A stretch of 64,000 bases of DNA from Macrostomum lignano (Eukaryota). The position numbers and the translations under genes were made by a program. Positions 35,383-46,234 of this stretch are shown piece after piece (position 1 is the stretch's first letter; each line of letters begins with the position of its first letter). The DNA lies in the NCBI GenBank assembly GCA_002269645.1, contig NIVC01001367.1, positions 240,533-304,532 on the forward strand, written 5' to 3'. Below the pieces are notes generated by a model. The model was not told where the DNA came from. It ran no database searches and worked only from the letters and a program-made list of their open reading frames with translations.

Positions 35383-36964
35383 GTTCTCAGCCTCAGCTGT
35401 AAAATTCTCCGCGGCAATTCACCTGGTTGAGCGGGCCGCCACCCTGGACGAATCCGCTGTGGTTCGAACTGTGCAGGCGGTGCTGCAGCGCTGCCTTGAC
35501 TCGGACCGCCTCACCAGCGAGCTCTTTCTGCAGCTCGTGCGCCAAACAAGCTGCGAATCGTCAGGTAGTCATCCGACCACAACGCCTCGACCGCACCAGC
35601 TCCTCTGCGCAGCCTGTGCCATCCTCAGACCGGCCTGGGAGCCAGTCCTGCGACTTCTCCGCTGCCACCTGGCTCACCTGTCTAGGCAGCAGCCGTCAGG
35701 TGACCCGGCTCTCTGCGCGCAGTTTTGCCTCGCCTGCCTCGCCAGACCTGCCCGGCCTGCCAGGCGGAGATTCCCGCCCTCGGCTTCGGAGCTCGCAGCC
35801 ACCTTCGCTCGCGCCAATGCGCGCGTCAGCGTCCACCTGTTGAACGGGGAGACACGCCAGCTCGAGTTTCACTCCTACCTGACTGGCGCGGAGGCCTCAG
35901 CCGCGGTCATCGCTCAGGTGCCGCTGCTGCCCGGCGCCACCGGCTGGTCTCTGTTTGAGCAATTTCCTGGCGCGCCTGAGCGCTGCACGGGGCCGGCTGA
36001 GTTCATCGGCGACACTCTGTTCCGCTGGGAGCAGCACGGCCAGCTCAGTGGCAGCCTGATGCTGGTCCGCTTGGTGCTGAAGAAGCGCCTCTTCATAGAG
36101 CCCTATGTCGACGAGTCTGATGCTGTGGAGGTGTCACTGATGGCCTACCAGTGTCTCACTGACGTGTTTGAGGCCCGCTTGCCGCTCACGCTGGACCTGG
36201 CGACCAAACTTTGCGGCCTTCAGGCAGCCCGGGAAGCCTCCGCAGCCGGCACCGACCCAAGCCTCGTGCGCCGGATCCTGCCCCGACGCTGGCGCAACCG
36301 CGTCCCACTCGACGCTGTTCTTGCAGCCGCCACTGCTGCCGCCTCTGAGGCGGCCGCCGCCGCCCCTGAAGATGGCCCGGACCGCCGACGTGCCCTCGAC
36401 CTGCAGCTCCTGGCCGCCTGCCGCTCCGCATCTCCGCTGTTTGGCTGCACTGTTTTTCCCACCCGCCTCCACAGCCCGCTAGCGGCGGCCACTGCGGCCA
36501 TTGGAGACTCCTGCGCTCTCGCTGTCGGCGAAGCGGGCTTGCAGCTCCTGCCGGAGTCTGCCGTTGCCGGCGCTGATGACAACGATTGCGATGTTGTCGA
36601 AGCTGACTGGCGGCGGACGACACCGCTAGCCGCATTCTCCTACCCAGACCTGCTCGGATTTGGCTCCGACAGCCGCGCTCAGCTGTCCCTTCAGCTGCGT
36701 GGTCAGGGCCGCCTGTCGCTGCACTGCCGCCAGGCCAACCAGGCGGCACACCTCATTCGCGACTACCTGCTAGCAGCGCGCCAGCAGATCGCTTCTGCTT
36801 CGGCCTCCGACTCCGCCGCGTCCACCTCGGGTACCAGCGCTGCTTGCGCTTCCTCCGTTGTTGTGCACCGCAGCGGCAGCAGTCGCCGGCGGCGTCCCGA
36901 CAACCGGCTTGGCAACGGCAGCAGCAGCCAGAAACAGCTGCCGGAAACTGAAACGCAACTGTAG
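35383..36964 (+). CDS. MyTH4-FERM domain protein (PLEKHH/myosin-tail-like); 5' end uncertain
   Basis: MyTH4-like LTSELFLQLVRQT..RRFPPS, followed by FERM-like VHLLNGE..GWSLFE..LVLKKRLF..LCGLQ..FGCTVF. Candidate acceptor CACTCAG at 35382. Confidence 0.8.
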
Positions 36965-39674
36965 AGTCTTCAGTGTGCCTATGACTGGCTAATGACAGTT
37001 GATGGACATGTTTTATCATGATAGACATCGCAACCCTGTGCTCTGAGATTACTATGAACTTCTCTGTACGCTATGGAGGAATTTTCTGACGCAAATTTTT
37101 CGCATTTCTACTCCCCCGTCTGTCTCTCACATATCCCCATTTTGCTGATCCATGTAAAAAGAACAGAGAGGAATATTAGGGGGTTAGTATGCACTTTTTG
37201 GTTGGGGCCTTGGATCTGGGATGAATATAAAGGTCGAAGGGAATGCTAGCGAGAGCCCGGCCTGCCCTGGCGACAATTACACCGTCACAGCAGGAAGCTG
37301 CACCTGATCCAGCCTGCCTACTGCGGCTGGCATTCGCCTTTGCAATTCGTCCCTGGGCCAGCTGTTTGACGGGTCCCGCGCGCTCACCGCCGCGGAAAGA
37401 CGCTCTCCCTCCTGTTCCCGCTGTCCTGTTAGCCGTCCCCATTGATTTCTGCTGCAGTCTGGCGCACTTGCCCGTCTGCGCACTCCGGTCAATAGCAGGC
37501 GCGCCTCGCTCGGCAGTGATCGCCCCCTCCCTGCCGACACCTCCCAGTCTGTCTCACTCGGGATTTCACTTCGCAGGGTCGATGCCTGTCAATCGAAGGC
37601 CTGCGCCCTCCTTGTCTTGCGCCTCAGCTCCTCACGGTATAGTAGAAATACCGGGATGCGGCCCGGCAGCATGGGAGCTGGCAGCTGGGCTTCCATGCAT
37701 GGGATCCGGCTTTCCCTGCGTCATGGCGCATGTAGCACTGGGGACTGGCGAGGTATTGCCCGGGTTTCACTGTCGGGTGGGGGGATAGACACGACTAGGG
37801 ATCTCATTATCCTCGCTGGAGTAGGGGACTCGGAATGGTGATGGATTTTTGTCTCCATGCATGCAAACATTCTCGATGAGACATGGATTAGCCAGCGCAA
37901 ATAAGTGTTTGTCAGCTTGTAGACCGGTTGTATTGGTCAAAGCTTTTCATCAATTTTCTGCTCATATTTTTAACTGTGGCTATCTTGCCGCGCATTGCCC
38001 GGCCTCTATGCTGACGCGATACTTGTTCTGTGCATCTCCGGTCGCTTACCTTCATCTGCATAGCCTAATGAGTCCTGCGTGAACCTCGGGAGGGGTTGCA
38101 TTGCATGCTCACAGTTTGATTGTTTGCTCCGTGTTGGGAGAGCAAATTGGTGTCCCATCATGAATTCCCTGTAGTCAAATCTACAAATGAGATCCTGTGC
38201 TCACCGCATCCCCGGACCTGCATTGGCAGCCCGCATTGTAGTCGCCACAGGTGCCTCGCTTGTCTCTCCCAGTTTTGCCCGGCTCCTGTTGCAACTCTCA
38301 TCGTCATTAAAATGCTAAATGCCAATCATTTCTATGCACAAATAGACGCGTTGCCCCTGCGCAGCGGATTCAATTTCAACTCTTGACTACTTGATCACTG
38401 GCTGCATTGGCGTCTCCAGTCCAGTTTAACCACTGGGGAGGCTGGGGTTGTGCAGCAGCCGTTGCCAAGAGCTGATTGATTTTATGCTTTGTGCGGCATC
38501 TGGGTTGCTTTGCCAAGCTCGTTAGCCAACGATGGCCGAGGGTCAGCTGCTACCGCCTATCCAAAGCCTTGGTAACAATAGGAAGTACCAGTGATGAGCA
38601 ACTGGACTAGCATTAATCTCTGCTTAGTTGCCTCTGCTTTGAGATTCTTGCTTTGGTAATTGCTGGCGGCTGACCGCGCCTCCTATTTCAACTCCTGTTG
38701 CCTCGGCGTCTCGCATCTCTGCGCTAATGTAGTTAGCGACAATAGGATGGGAGGCAGCTGCAGTGTTTTTTATAACTGACTGCGTGGGCGGATTTGTAAT
38801 TTGATGCTCTCCCGATGCCCTCGCCCATGCAGCTACCTGGTTCCGCTTCCCTGCGTAGCCTTCATGCGCCGTCTTTTAGTTGCTTTAGGCCGGCCTTGTA
38901 TTGCCTTGTGCTCCCTTCATCTGTGCGCTGATCTTGAATTTGCGTCTTGGACTCGCTGTCGGGCCTGTGTTGGCTGTCTGTCTGTCCATCTTGGTGTCGA
39001 GGTGAATTGTGTCACATCGGAGCAGTGTCTCAATTCCATATACTAAATGCTGCATCGGTTTGTGGGCGTGGCACATGGATGCACATGGGCGGTTTATGGT
39101 CTGATATGAAAGTCTGGAAGGAAGGCTTTGATCGGTCAAAGCGAATATCGTCAGGAATCGATCTCTTGTTTTGTCTACCTTCTTCTGTAGCCTACAAGTA
39201 TAGGTCATCTCGTATTATTTTATACAGCCGTTTGACCAACCCTTTCCCAATGTAATTCAAGTCTCAGAGATTTATCCTGTCTGTTTGATACGATGCTTCC
39301 TGCTTACTGGAGCATTGCATCCATGAGCTTACGACAAGGAGATTTAGGAGTCCATTAAATATTATTGTAGCAGTGAGAAACACGGGGTCGGACTTGCCCC
39401 GAATGCGTGATCGGCTGTGGGTTCTGGCTCAGCTTCTGACTAGGTTCGACCCACAGCTAGAGCACACATGTCAGACAAGTACAGTAATCTGGAGGTTGAT
39501 TGGCCCTTCCTTGTGTGCATAAATTTTGCATGCCTCAGAAACCCGGGAACGTTGTCCGGATCAATGACAAAGAGTAGCTGTGACTGTCTAAGACTGTTTC
39601 TATTATCGCAATCTGCTTTGAAATCTTATAATCTTGCAATTTGACTTCTCACTGCCTCGGTTGCAGAGAAGCCA

Positions 39675-40442
39675 ATGGCGCAGCAGGAGAGCACAGCAGG
39701 CAGCATGTCCTTCAAGTTTCTGGTGGTGCTGTTCACACGGGTGCCCTTCGCCAACGCCCTGACGCTGCTGATGCTGTTGAGCGAGCGGGCCAAGCGGGAG
39801 TCTGAGCCGCCGCTAGCTCCCCGCCTCATCTACGTGCTGGTGTTCGGCTGCGTGGCCCTGGGCTTTGCCGTCTCCCTGAACATCCGCAGGCGGCAGGCGC
39901 TGCTTATCTACTGCGGCCTGCTCATGTACATGGCCTACCTCACCGTCACTGCGCCCGCCCTGCGCTACAAGTCCTGGGTTCGAGCCCGCCTCGCCCTGCC
40001 CAGCCTGGGCTGCTGCGCCGTCTTCCTTTACTTCGCCGCCATCTGCGACACGCTGGCCTCGACCTCCGGGCAGCTGCGTCAGGCCGGCCGCTCCCTGCTT
40101 GGCGTCTTCGCCATCGGCTCCGCCTACGCCTTCGCCACCGTGCCTGAGGAGGCGGAGGCGCTGCGCCGCAATATCGGCGACTTCGTGCCGCAGGCGCACT
40201 GGGTCGTAGCCATCCTCTACTGCATGGCCGGCCTGGCGCTGCTGTCCAACGTCAGCTTCTACGGCGCCCTCAAGCTGCTGGCCTGCACGATGCTCTGCCT
40301 CACCCTTGCCAACGATATGCGGCCCAACTACTGGCTGTACCGGGTCGGCATGGACTTCTGGTGCCACGCCAGGCTGCTGGTAGACAACCTGACTGTGCTG
40401 CTAGGCATCGGCATCGTGCTGCAGCGCAAGCGGCTGGGCTGA
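39675..40442 (+). CDS. TMEM101: Transmembrane protein 101
   Basis: 255-aa multi-pass protein. The pattern LFTRVPF..LML.SERA..RRR..Y.SW.RAR..YW...DFW matches TMEM101 as I recall it. Acceptor TTGCAG at 39666. Confidence 0.85.
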   Translation: MAQQESTAGSMSFKFLVVLFTRVPFANALTLLMLLSERAKRESEPPLAPRLIYVLVFGCVALGFAVSLNIRRRQALLIYCGLLMYMAYLTVTAPALRYKSWVRARLALPSLGCCAVFLYFAAICDTLASTSGQLRQAGRSLLGVFAIGSAYAFATVPEEAEALRRNIGDFVPQAHWVVAILYCMAGLALLSNVSFYGALKLLACTMLCLTLANDMRPNYWLYRVGMDFWCHARLLVDNLTVLLGIGIVLQRKRLG

Positions 40443-40544
40443 CGGCCTGGCTGACCCGTCTGACTGAGACTGCCTGTTTGCGCTGGGGTCCCCTGCTATA
40501 TAGGTCCTTTGCTTTCTTTAGCCTTTCGTACTGTCAGAATAAGC

Positions 40545-41070
40545 AGCCAGCCTCCCAGATCCTCAGGTAGAGCAACTACCTCCTCTGCAGATCCTCAGGC
40601 TGAGCAGCCAGACTCCCAGATTCTCAGGTAGAGCAACCACCCCCTCTACAGATCCTCAGGCTGAATAGCCAGCCTCCCAGATCCCCAGACTGAGCAGCCA
40701 GCCTCCCAGATCCCCAGACTGAGCAGCCAGCCTCCCAGATCCTCAGGCTGAGCAGCCAGCCTCCCAGATCCCCAGACTGAGCAGCCAGCCTCCCAGATCC
40801 TCAGGCTGAGCAGCCAGCCTCCCAGATCCCCAGACTGAGCAGCCAGCCTCCCAGATCCTCAGGCTGAGCAGCCAGCCTCCCAGATCCTCAGGCTGAGCAG
40901 CCAGCCTCCCAGATCCTCAGGCTGAGCAGCCAGCATCCCAGATCCTCAGGCTGAGCAGCCAGCCTCCCAGATCCTCAGGCTGAATAGCCAGCCTCCCAGA
41001 TCCCCAGGCTGAGTAGCCAGACTCCCAGATCCTCAGGATGAGCAGCCAGCCTCCCAGATTCTCAGGCTGA
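40545..41070. repeat. 29-bp variant of the CAGCCTCCCAGATCCTCAGG minisatellite
   Basis: Unit GAGCAGCCAGCCTCCCAGATCCTCAGGCT, about 18 copies. Confidence 0.95.
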
Positions 41071-41889
41071 GTAGGCCGTACTACTTGCCCATAAACTGTA
41101 TTGTTTACAACACGAGAAGACCGGGCGGCATCCCCAGGCAGTATTGCAGTGTCTGTGTGACTGATTCGCTCACACGCTTCAGTTAGCTAATTTAGCTGCA
41201 TGCTAACCATAAAGTACAATAGGTGCAATTGTAACCTGCAAAGATGTTTCTTTTCCAGCAGGCAGCTGTAAGCAAATCACATGAATTGCAATTCAGCATT
41301 TCTGTTGCAATCGGTCTGCTTCTCTCGTCTCTCTGACCACAAAAAAACTTTTAAAATGTAAAATGCCATCTGCCAAAATTGGCAAAAGAGCTTCTGTTTT
41401 CGCTAGCGCCTCATGCACTCACCACGCAGTGCTAGAAGTGCCCCGGCCCCCGCTGCGCCTGCAGCTCACAGTTGGCCAGTGATGCAGCTGAACTAGCTTC
41501 CTGCATGCAGCGGCTCAGCTGCTTGACCCCGCATTCACTGCTCCGCCGGGTCCGCAACTTGTCAGTCATGACTAATTGATGACTCCCGGCATTGTTCCCC
41601 TGCTAACGAAATTGCTGCTCCTAGTAGCAGCAGGCATGTGTTCCGGAGAGGTCCGCAGTCTCCACCCTTCACCCGTGTTGCCCAGCCAGCTCTGCGCCCT
41701 CTGTGTAATTTTGTCGAGGCAGCTGGCTGTCTGTACAGCAGCCGCACCTTTGCTTTCCGTGCCTGAAATGCGGCTGTCTGGCTCTGTTTATGCGCAGCAG
41801 ATATAAATTGAATGGCAAATATGTAGCCAAGATGAGCAAAGTCTTCTAATCGTTCCTGGCTTTCGCTACTTTGTTCCTTTCGTGTTTGT

Positions 41890-42385
41890 TCAGACTTCTG
41901 GAATAGCTGTCTGGATTGGAAACTCACCGATACTTGTGCTGGTGGGATGGGGATCATGGACTTCTAGAATAGCTGTCTGGATTGGAAATTCACCGATTTA
42001 TCTGCTGGTGGGATGGGGATCATGGACTTCTAGAATAGCTGTCTGGATTGGAAACTCTCCGATTTATGTGCTGGTGGGATGGGGATCATGGACTTCTAGA
42101 ATAACTGTCTGGATTGGAAACTTACCGATTTATGTGCTGGTGAGATGGGGATCATGGACTTCTAGAATAGCTGTCTGGATTGGAAACTCACCAATACTTG
42201 TGCTGGTGGGATGGGGATCATGGACTTCTAGAATAGCTGTCTGGATTGGAAACTCACCGATTTATCTGCTGGTGAGATGGGGATCATGGACTTCTAGAAT
42301 AGCTGTCTGGATTGGAAACTCTCCGATACTTGTGCTGGTGGGATGGGGATCATGGACTTCTAGAATAGCTTTCTAGATTGGAAAC
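41890..42385. repeat. 66-bp tandem repeat
   Basis: Unit GACTTCTAGAATAGCTGTCTGGATTGGAAACTCACCGAT...GGGATCATG, about 7.5 copies. Confidence 0.95.
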
Positions 42386-42595
42386 TTACGGGAATCGAAC
42401 CCAGGAACCTAGGGCGCGTGTAATCGGAGTTTCCAATCCAGTTTTTGTAAAAAGACTCCATGTTTTTATGACATCAATGAGCCAATATGAGGGTAGCTGA
42501 TGCTTTTATTATTTACAAATTGCATGGTCCACGCGACCGCACTGCACTACTATTACTACTGCCAGTTGTGAGTAGTCTGCAGAGCATCAGCAGCG

Positions 42596-42865
42596 ATGTG
42601 GTATGAAATTATTCCCTCGGCGGCCCTCGTGTTCATCTGTATGAATGCCTTCCAAGTGCTGCACTGGGCGGGCAACTACACCCTGCGGGACCGGCGCTGG
42701 TACCAGCGCGCCGTCCTCAACGACGCCTACGACTTCCCGCTGTTCGCCCGCGACCAGCGCCTCGTCCACCAGGCCGGCTACCGCAACCTGTTCGGCGGCG
42801 CCCTGTCCGGCAACAAGGCCATCTACAAGACCATCTCACTGGAGGGCATCCCGGATCAGAAGTGA
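42596..42865 (+). CDS. NDUFA1: Complex I accessory subunit MWFE
   Basis: MWYEIIPS start, an N-terminal TM segment, RD.RL and a C-terminal SLEGI. Acceptor CTGCAG at 42582. Confidence 0.88.
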   Translation: MWYEIIPSAALVFICMNAFQVLHWAGNYTLRDRRWYQRAVLNDAYDFPLFARDQRLVHQAGYRNLFGGALSGNKAIYKTISLEGIPDQK

Positions 42866-43189
42866 ACGCTGACTCATCTGACTCATCTATATTTTAAAAC
42901 ATATTTAAACTGCTTCTTTGCCCTGTAGCATAGCCGTGTAGTGCAGCCAGTGAGCTGCTGGGTCTTAACAGCGTCTGGAATGAGCTCAACATCTGAGCTG
43001 CTTTGTTAATTTGTAAAACTTAAGTAATTGGGACGGAAATATTAAATTAATATAATAAATATAATGACTGCACTGTAGCCCCTGTACTCTTAGCCATAAT
43101 TAATCGTTGCAGTCTTTGCTTCATTATTTGACTTCAGCTTACACATCTGGCTTGGACTTTCAACAGCTCTGTGAGGACACTGAAGCTCT

Positions 43190-44145
43190 AGAGATGGGAT
43201 CTACCTCGAAGAGTAGGGATGGGGTCTTTCTTGGAGGAGTAGGGATGGGGTCTTTCTTGGAGGAGTAGGGATGGGGTCTTTCTTGGAGGAGTAGGGATGG
43301 GGTCTTTCTTGGAGGAGTAGGGATGGGGTCTTTCTTGGAGGAGTAGGGATGGGGTCTTTCTTGGAGGAGTAGGGATGGGGTCTACCTCGAGGAGTAGGGA
43401 TGGGGTCTCTCTTGGAGGAGTAGGGATGGGATCTATCTCGAGGAGTACGGATGGGGTCTCTCTTGGAGGAGTAGGGATGGGATCTACCTCGAGGAGTAGG
43501 GATGGGGTCTACCTCGACGAGTAGGGATGGTATCTACCTCGAAGAGTAAGGATGGGGTCTCCCTTGGTGAAGTAGGGATGGAATCTCCTTGGAGGAGTAG
43601 GGATGGGGTCTCCCTGGATGAGTAGGGATGGGGTCTCCCTGGAGGAGTAGGGATGGGACCTCCTTGGAGTAGTAGGGATGGGGTCTCCCTGAAGGAGTAG
43701 GGATGGGACCTCCTTGGAGTAGTAGGGATGGGGTCTCCCTGGAGGAGTAGGGATGGGGTCTCCCTGGAGGAGTAGGGATGGGACCTCCTTGGAGTAGTAG
43801 GGATGGGGTCTCCCTGGAGGAGTAGGGATGGGGTCTCCCTAGAGGAGTAGGGATGGGACCTCCTTGGAGTAGTAGGGATGGGGTCTCCTGGAGGAGTAGG
43901 GATGGGATTTCCTTGGAGGAGTAGGGATGGGGTCTTCCTTGGAGAAGTAGGGATGGGATCTCCCTGGAGGAGTAGGGATGGGATCTCCCTTGGAAGAGTA
44001 GAGATGGGGTCTCCAGAAGGAGTAGAGATGGGATATCCTTGGTGGAGTAGGGATGGGATCTTTCTGAAGGAGTAAGAGATGGGATCTCCCTGGAAGAGTA
44101 GGGATGGGATCTCCATTGGATAAGTAGGGATGGGATCGCCCTAAG
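43190..44145. repeat. 26-bp G-rich minisatellite
   Basis: Unit GAGTAGGGATGGGGTCTTTCTTGGAG, about 36 copies with graded divergence. Confidence 0.95.
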
Positions 44146-44345
44146 GTGCTTGAGTATTAGCTAAAGGATTAGATGTTCCCAAATGGACTAGAAACTCCCT
44201 GAAAGTTACTCTAGCATCTAGCATTACTCTAGCCTGATTCCCATGCGTTACCTAAATAGCTCTCGAACCCGGCCCCGCACATACTGCAGCTACCGGGCGG
44301 TCGCGAGGTCCATAGCGTCAGTTCCTGACCGGCCTGCTTCCTCCG

Positions 44346-45404
44346 ATGGACCAGCAGCGCCTGGACACCCGGCCGAAAGCCGCCTGGGTGTCCGGCCTGA
44401 GGGAGCCCGACGCCGCCAGCCCTGCGGCCAAAAAGCGACAGCGGCCGGCGCAGCCGCAGAAGCAGCAGCTGACAGAATCTGCGCCGCCCCCACAACCTCC
44501 CCAGCAGCTCCGGTCTTTTGCCGACCTCGGCCCCGCGGAGCGGCAGCGCTTGGCCGAGCTGGTGTCCGAGCTCGGCCACCTGGCCGAGGCGAAGGCGCGC
44601 GCCGAGAAGGGACTCGCCGAAGAGCGCCAGCTGCGCCGTCGCGAGGTGGACAGCCTGCGCGCCGACCTCGAGCGGCAGCGGCGCACCCTGGCGGAGCTGG
44701 AGGCCCGCCTGGCGGCCGATACTGAGCGGCGGCGGGGTCCGCGCAGCGTCGCTAGCCAGTGCGACGAGTCGACAAAGCCATCGCCATCGCCGCCGCCGCC
44801 AAAGCAGGCCCCTCCTGTGTCGTCCGGCGGTCGGCGGCGCGCCTTTACAGAGCGGATCGACCGAGAAATCGGCGCTGCCCCGTCTGGCGCCAAGCCGCAG
44901 CCCGGCGAGGATGACGACGCCATCTTGGCGCTGCTGCGGCAGCAGCTGCGGCTCACCGACCGGACCCAGCGGCACCTCTGCCGGCAGCTGCGCGAGCTCA
45001 GCGGAGTCAGCGCCAAGAAGCTGCCCGACAACGAAGGCCCGCGGGACCGCGGCGCCGCAGCCGCCGGTGGCCGCAGCGGAGGCAACCGGATTCTGCGCCA
45101 GCCGCACGCCGACTCCGCCGACGAGTTCTTCGTCCTGCCGGAGGTGCTCGGGCCGCCGCAGCCGCCGGCGCGGTCGCGGATTCGGCGAACCCCAGTGCGG
45201 CCGCCGCCTCCCAGATCGCCGTCGCCGCGGCCGGACTCGCTGCTGGACATCGTCGAGTCGCTCGACGGCCCTCAGTTCGACGATGAGGAGGAGGAGATCG
45301 ATGGCGAGGCCTTCGGCGGCTTCGGCGACGCTGACGAAGGCGAGGGTGACGAGTCTGGCGATGACGACTCCGGAGTGCTGGAGGACCTGTTCTTCCTGTC
45401 CTGA
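44346..45404 (+). CDS. KIAA1328: Hinderin/KIAA1328-like coiled-coil protein
   Basis: SFADLGPAERQRLAELVSEL..coiled coil and the C-terminal LEDLFF resemble hinderin's conserved blocks (from memory, not searched). Confidence 0.6.
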   Translation: MDQQRLDTRPKAAWVSGLREPDAASPAAKKRQRPAQPQKQQLTESAPPPQPPQQLRSFADLGPAERQRLAELVSELGHLAEAKARAEKGLAEERQLRRREVDSLRADLERQRRTLAELEARLAADTERRRGPRSVASQCDESTKPSPSPPPPKQAPPVSSGGRRRAFTERIDREIGAAPSGAKPQPGEDDDAILALLRQQLRLTDRTQRHLCRQLRELSGVSAKKLPDNEGPRDRGAAAAGGRSGGNRILRQPHADSADEFFVLPEVLGPPQPPARSRIRRTPVRPPPPRSPSPRPDSLLDIVESLDGPQFDDEEEEIDGEAFGGFGDADEGEGDESGDDDSGVLEDLFFLS

Positions 45405-46234
45405 GCGCTTGCGTCTGCCAGACTCCTCCAAGATGCCATTTCATTGTGTTATTAGGGTTTAAAAATTAATCTTTTGCAGTTGCTGGAACATCTGTACTGT
45501 TGTTATGTGTAGCTGCTTAACTATTGATATGCAAGTCTGTTTCACAAAAAAACTGCACTGCGATTTAACTCCGTCCTTTTTTATAACATTATAGCAGATT
45601 TTCTTTGCAATTGAGTTTTCTTTTGTACTGGACTAGTAGGTCTGATTAAATTTATCATTAGCTAATTTCGGGGTTTTAAACTTTTTGCCAGGGAACCCGC
45701 TAAAAAAGATACCATGACAAAAAACCATTCTGCGGCTTCTGTTATGACTTTTTAACGACTCAAACGTGTCTAATGCGACGGAGTTGCGTCACAAGCGCGT
45801 CACGTGAGTTGTAGAAGCGTGAAAGAGCCCTCCAAGAATCATTGAGTTGGCGCTTAACTTTCCCATAGAGATGTAACGCTTCAAGCACAACTCAGTGACT
45901 CTGCAGCGACTCCAGCTCGCCTCAAATACGACTCTACGGCCACAGAGTCGATGTGCCGTCGCCCCAGAGTAAAACGCTTTAAAGTTACTCTTAGGCGATT
46001 TGTACCGTGACATCATATGTCCTATTTTACCTGTCATCTGCAACGATTCTGAAACGACTCTGGAGCGACGCAAGTGGCTCTGGGACGCTTCGCTTAGGTA
46101 CCGTTTTCATGGGGAACCAAAGTCTGTATACCAAAGTCTGTATATATAGTCTGGGTACGTACACTGCCTGGTAGGCCAGCTCATTATCACCTGATTGCCT
46201 GCCTGTCGGTTTTGCAGCCAGGGCCGCGCCGCCG

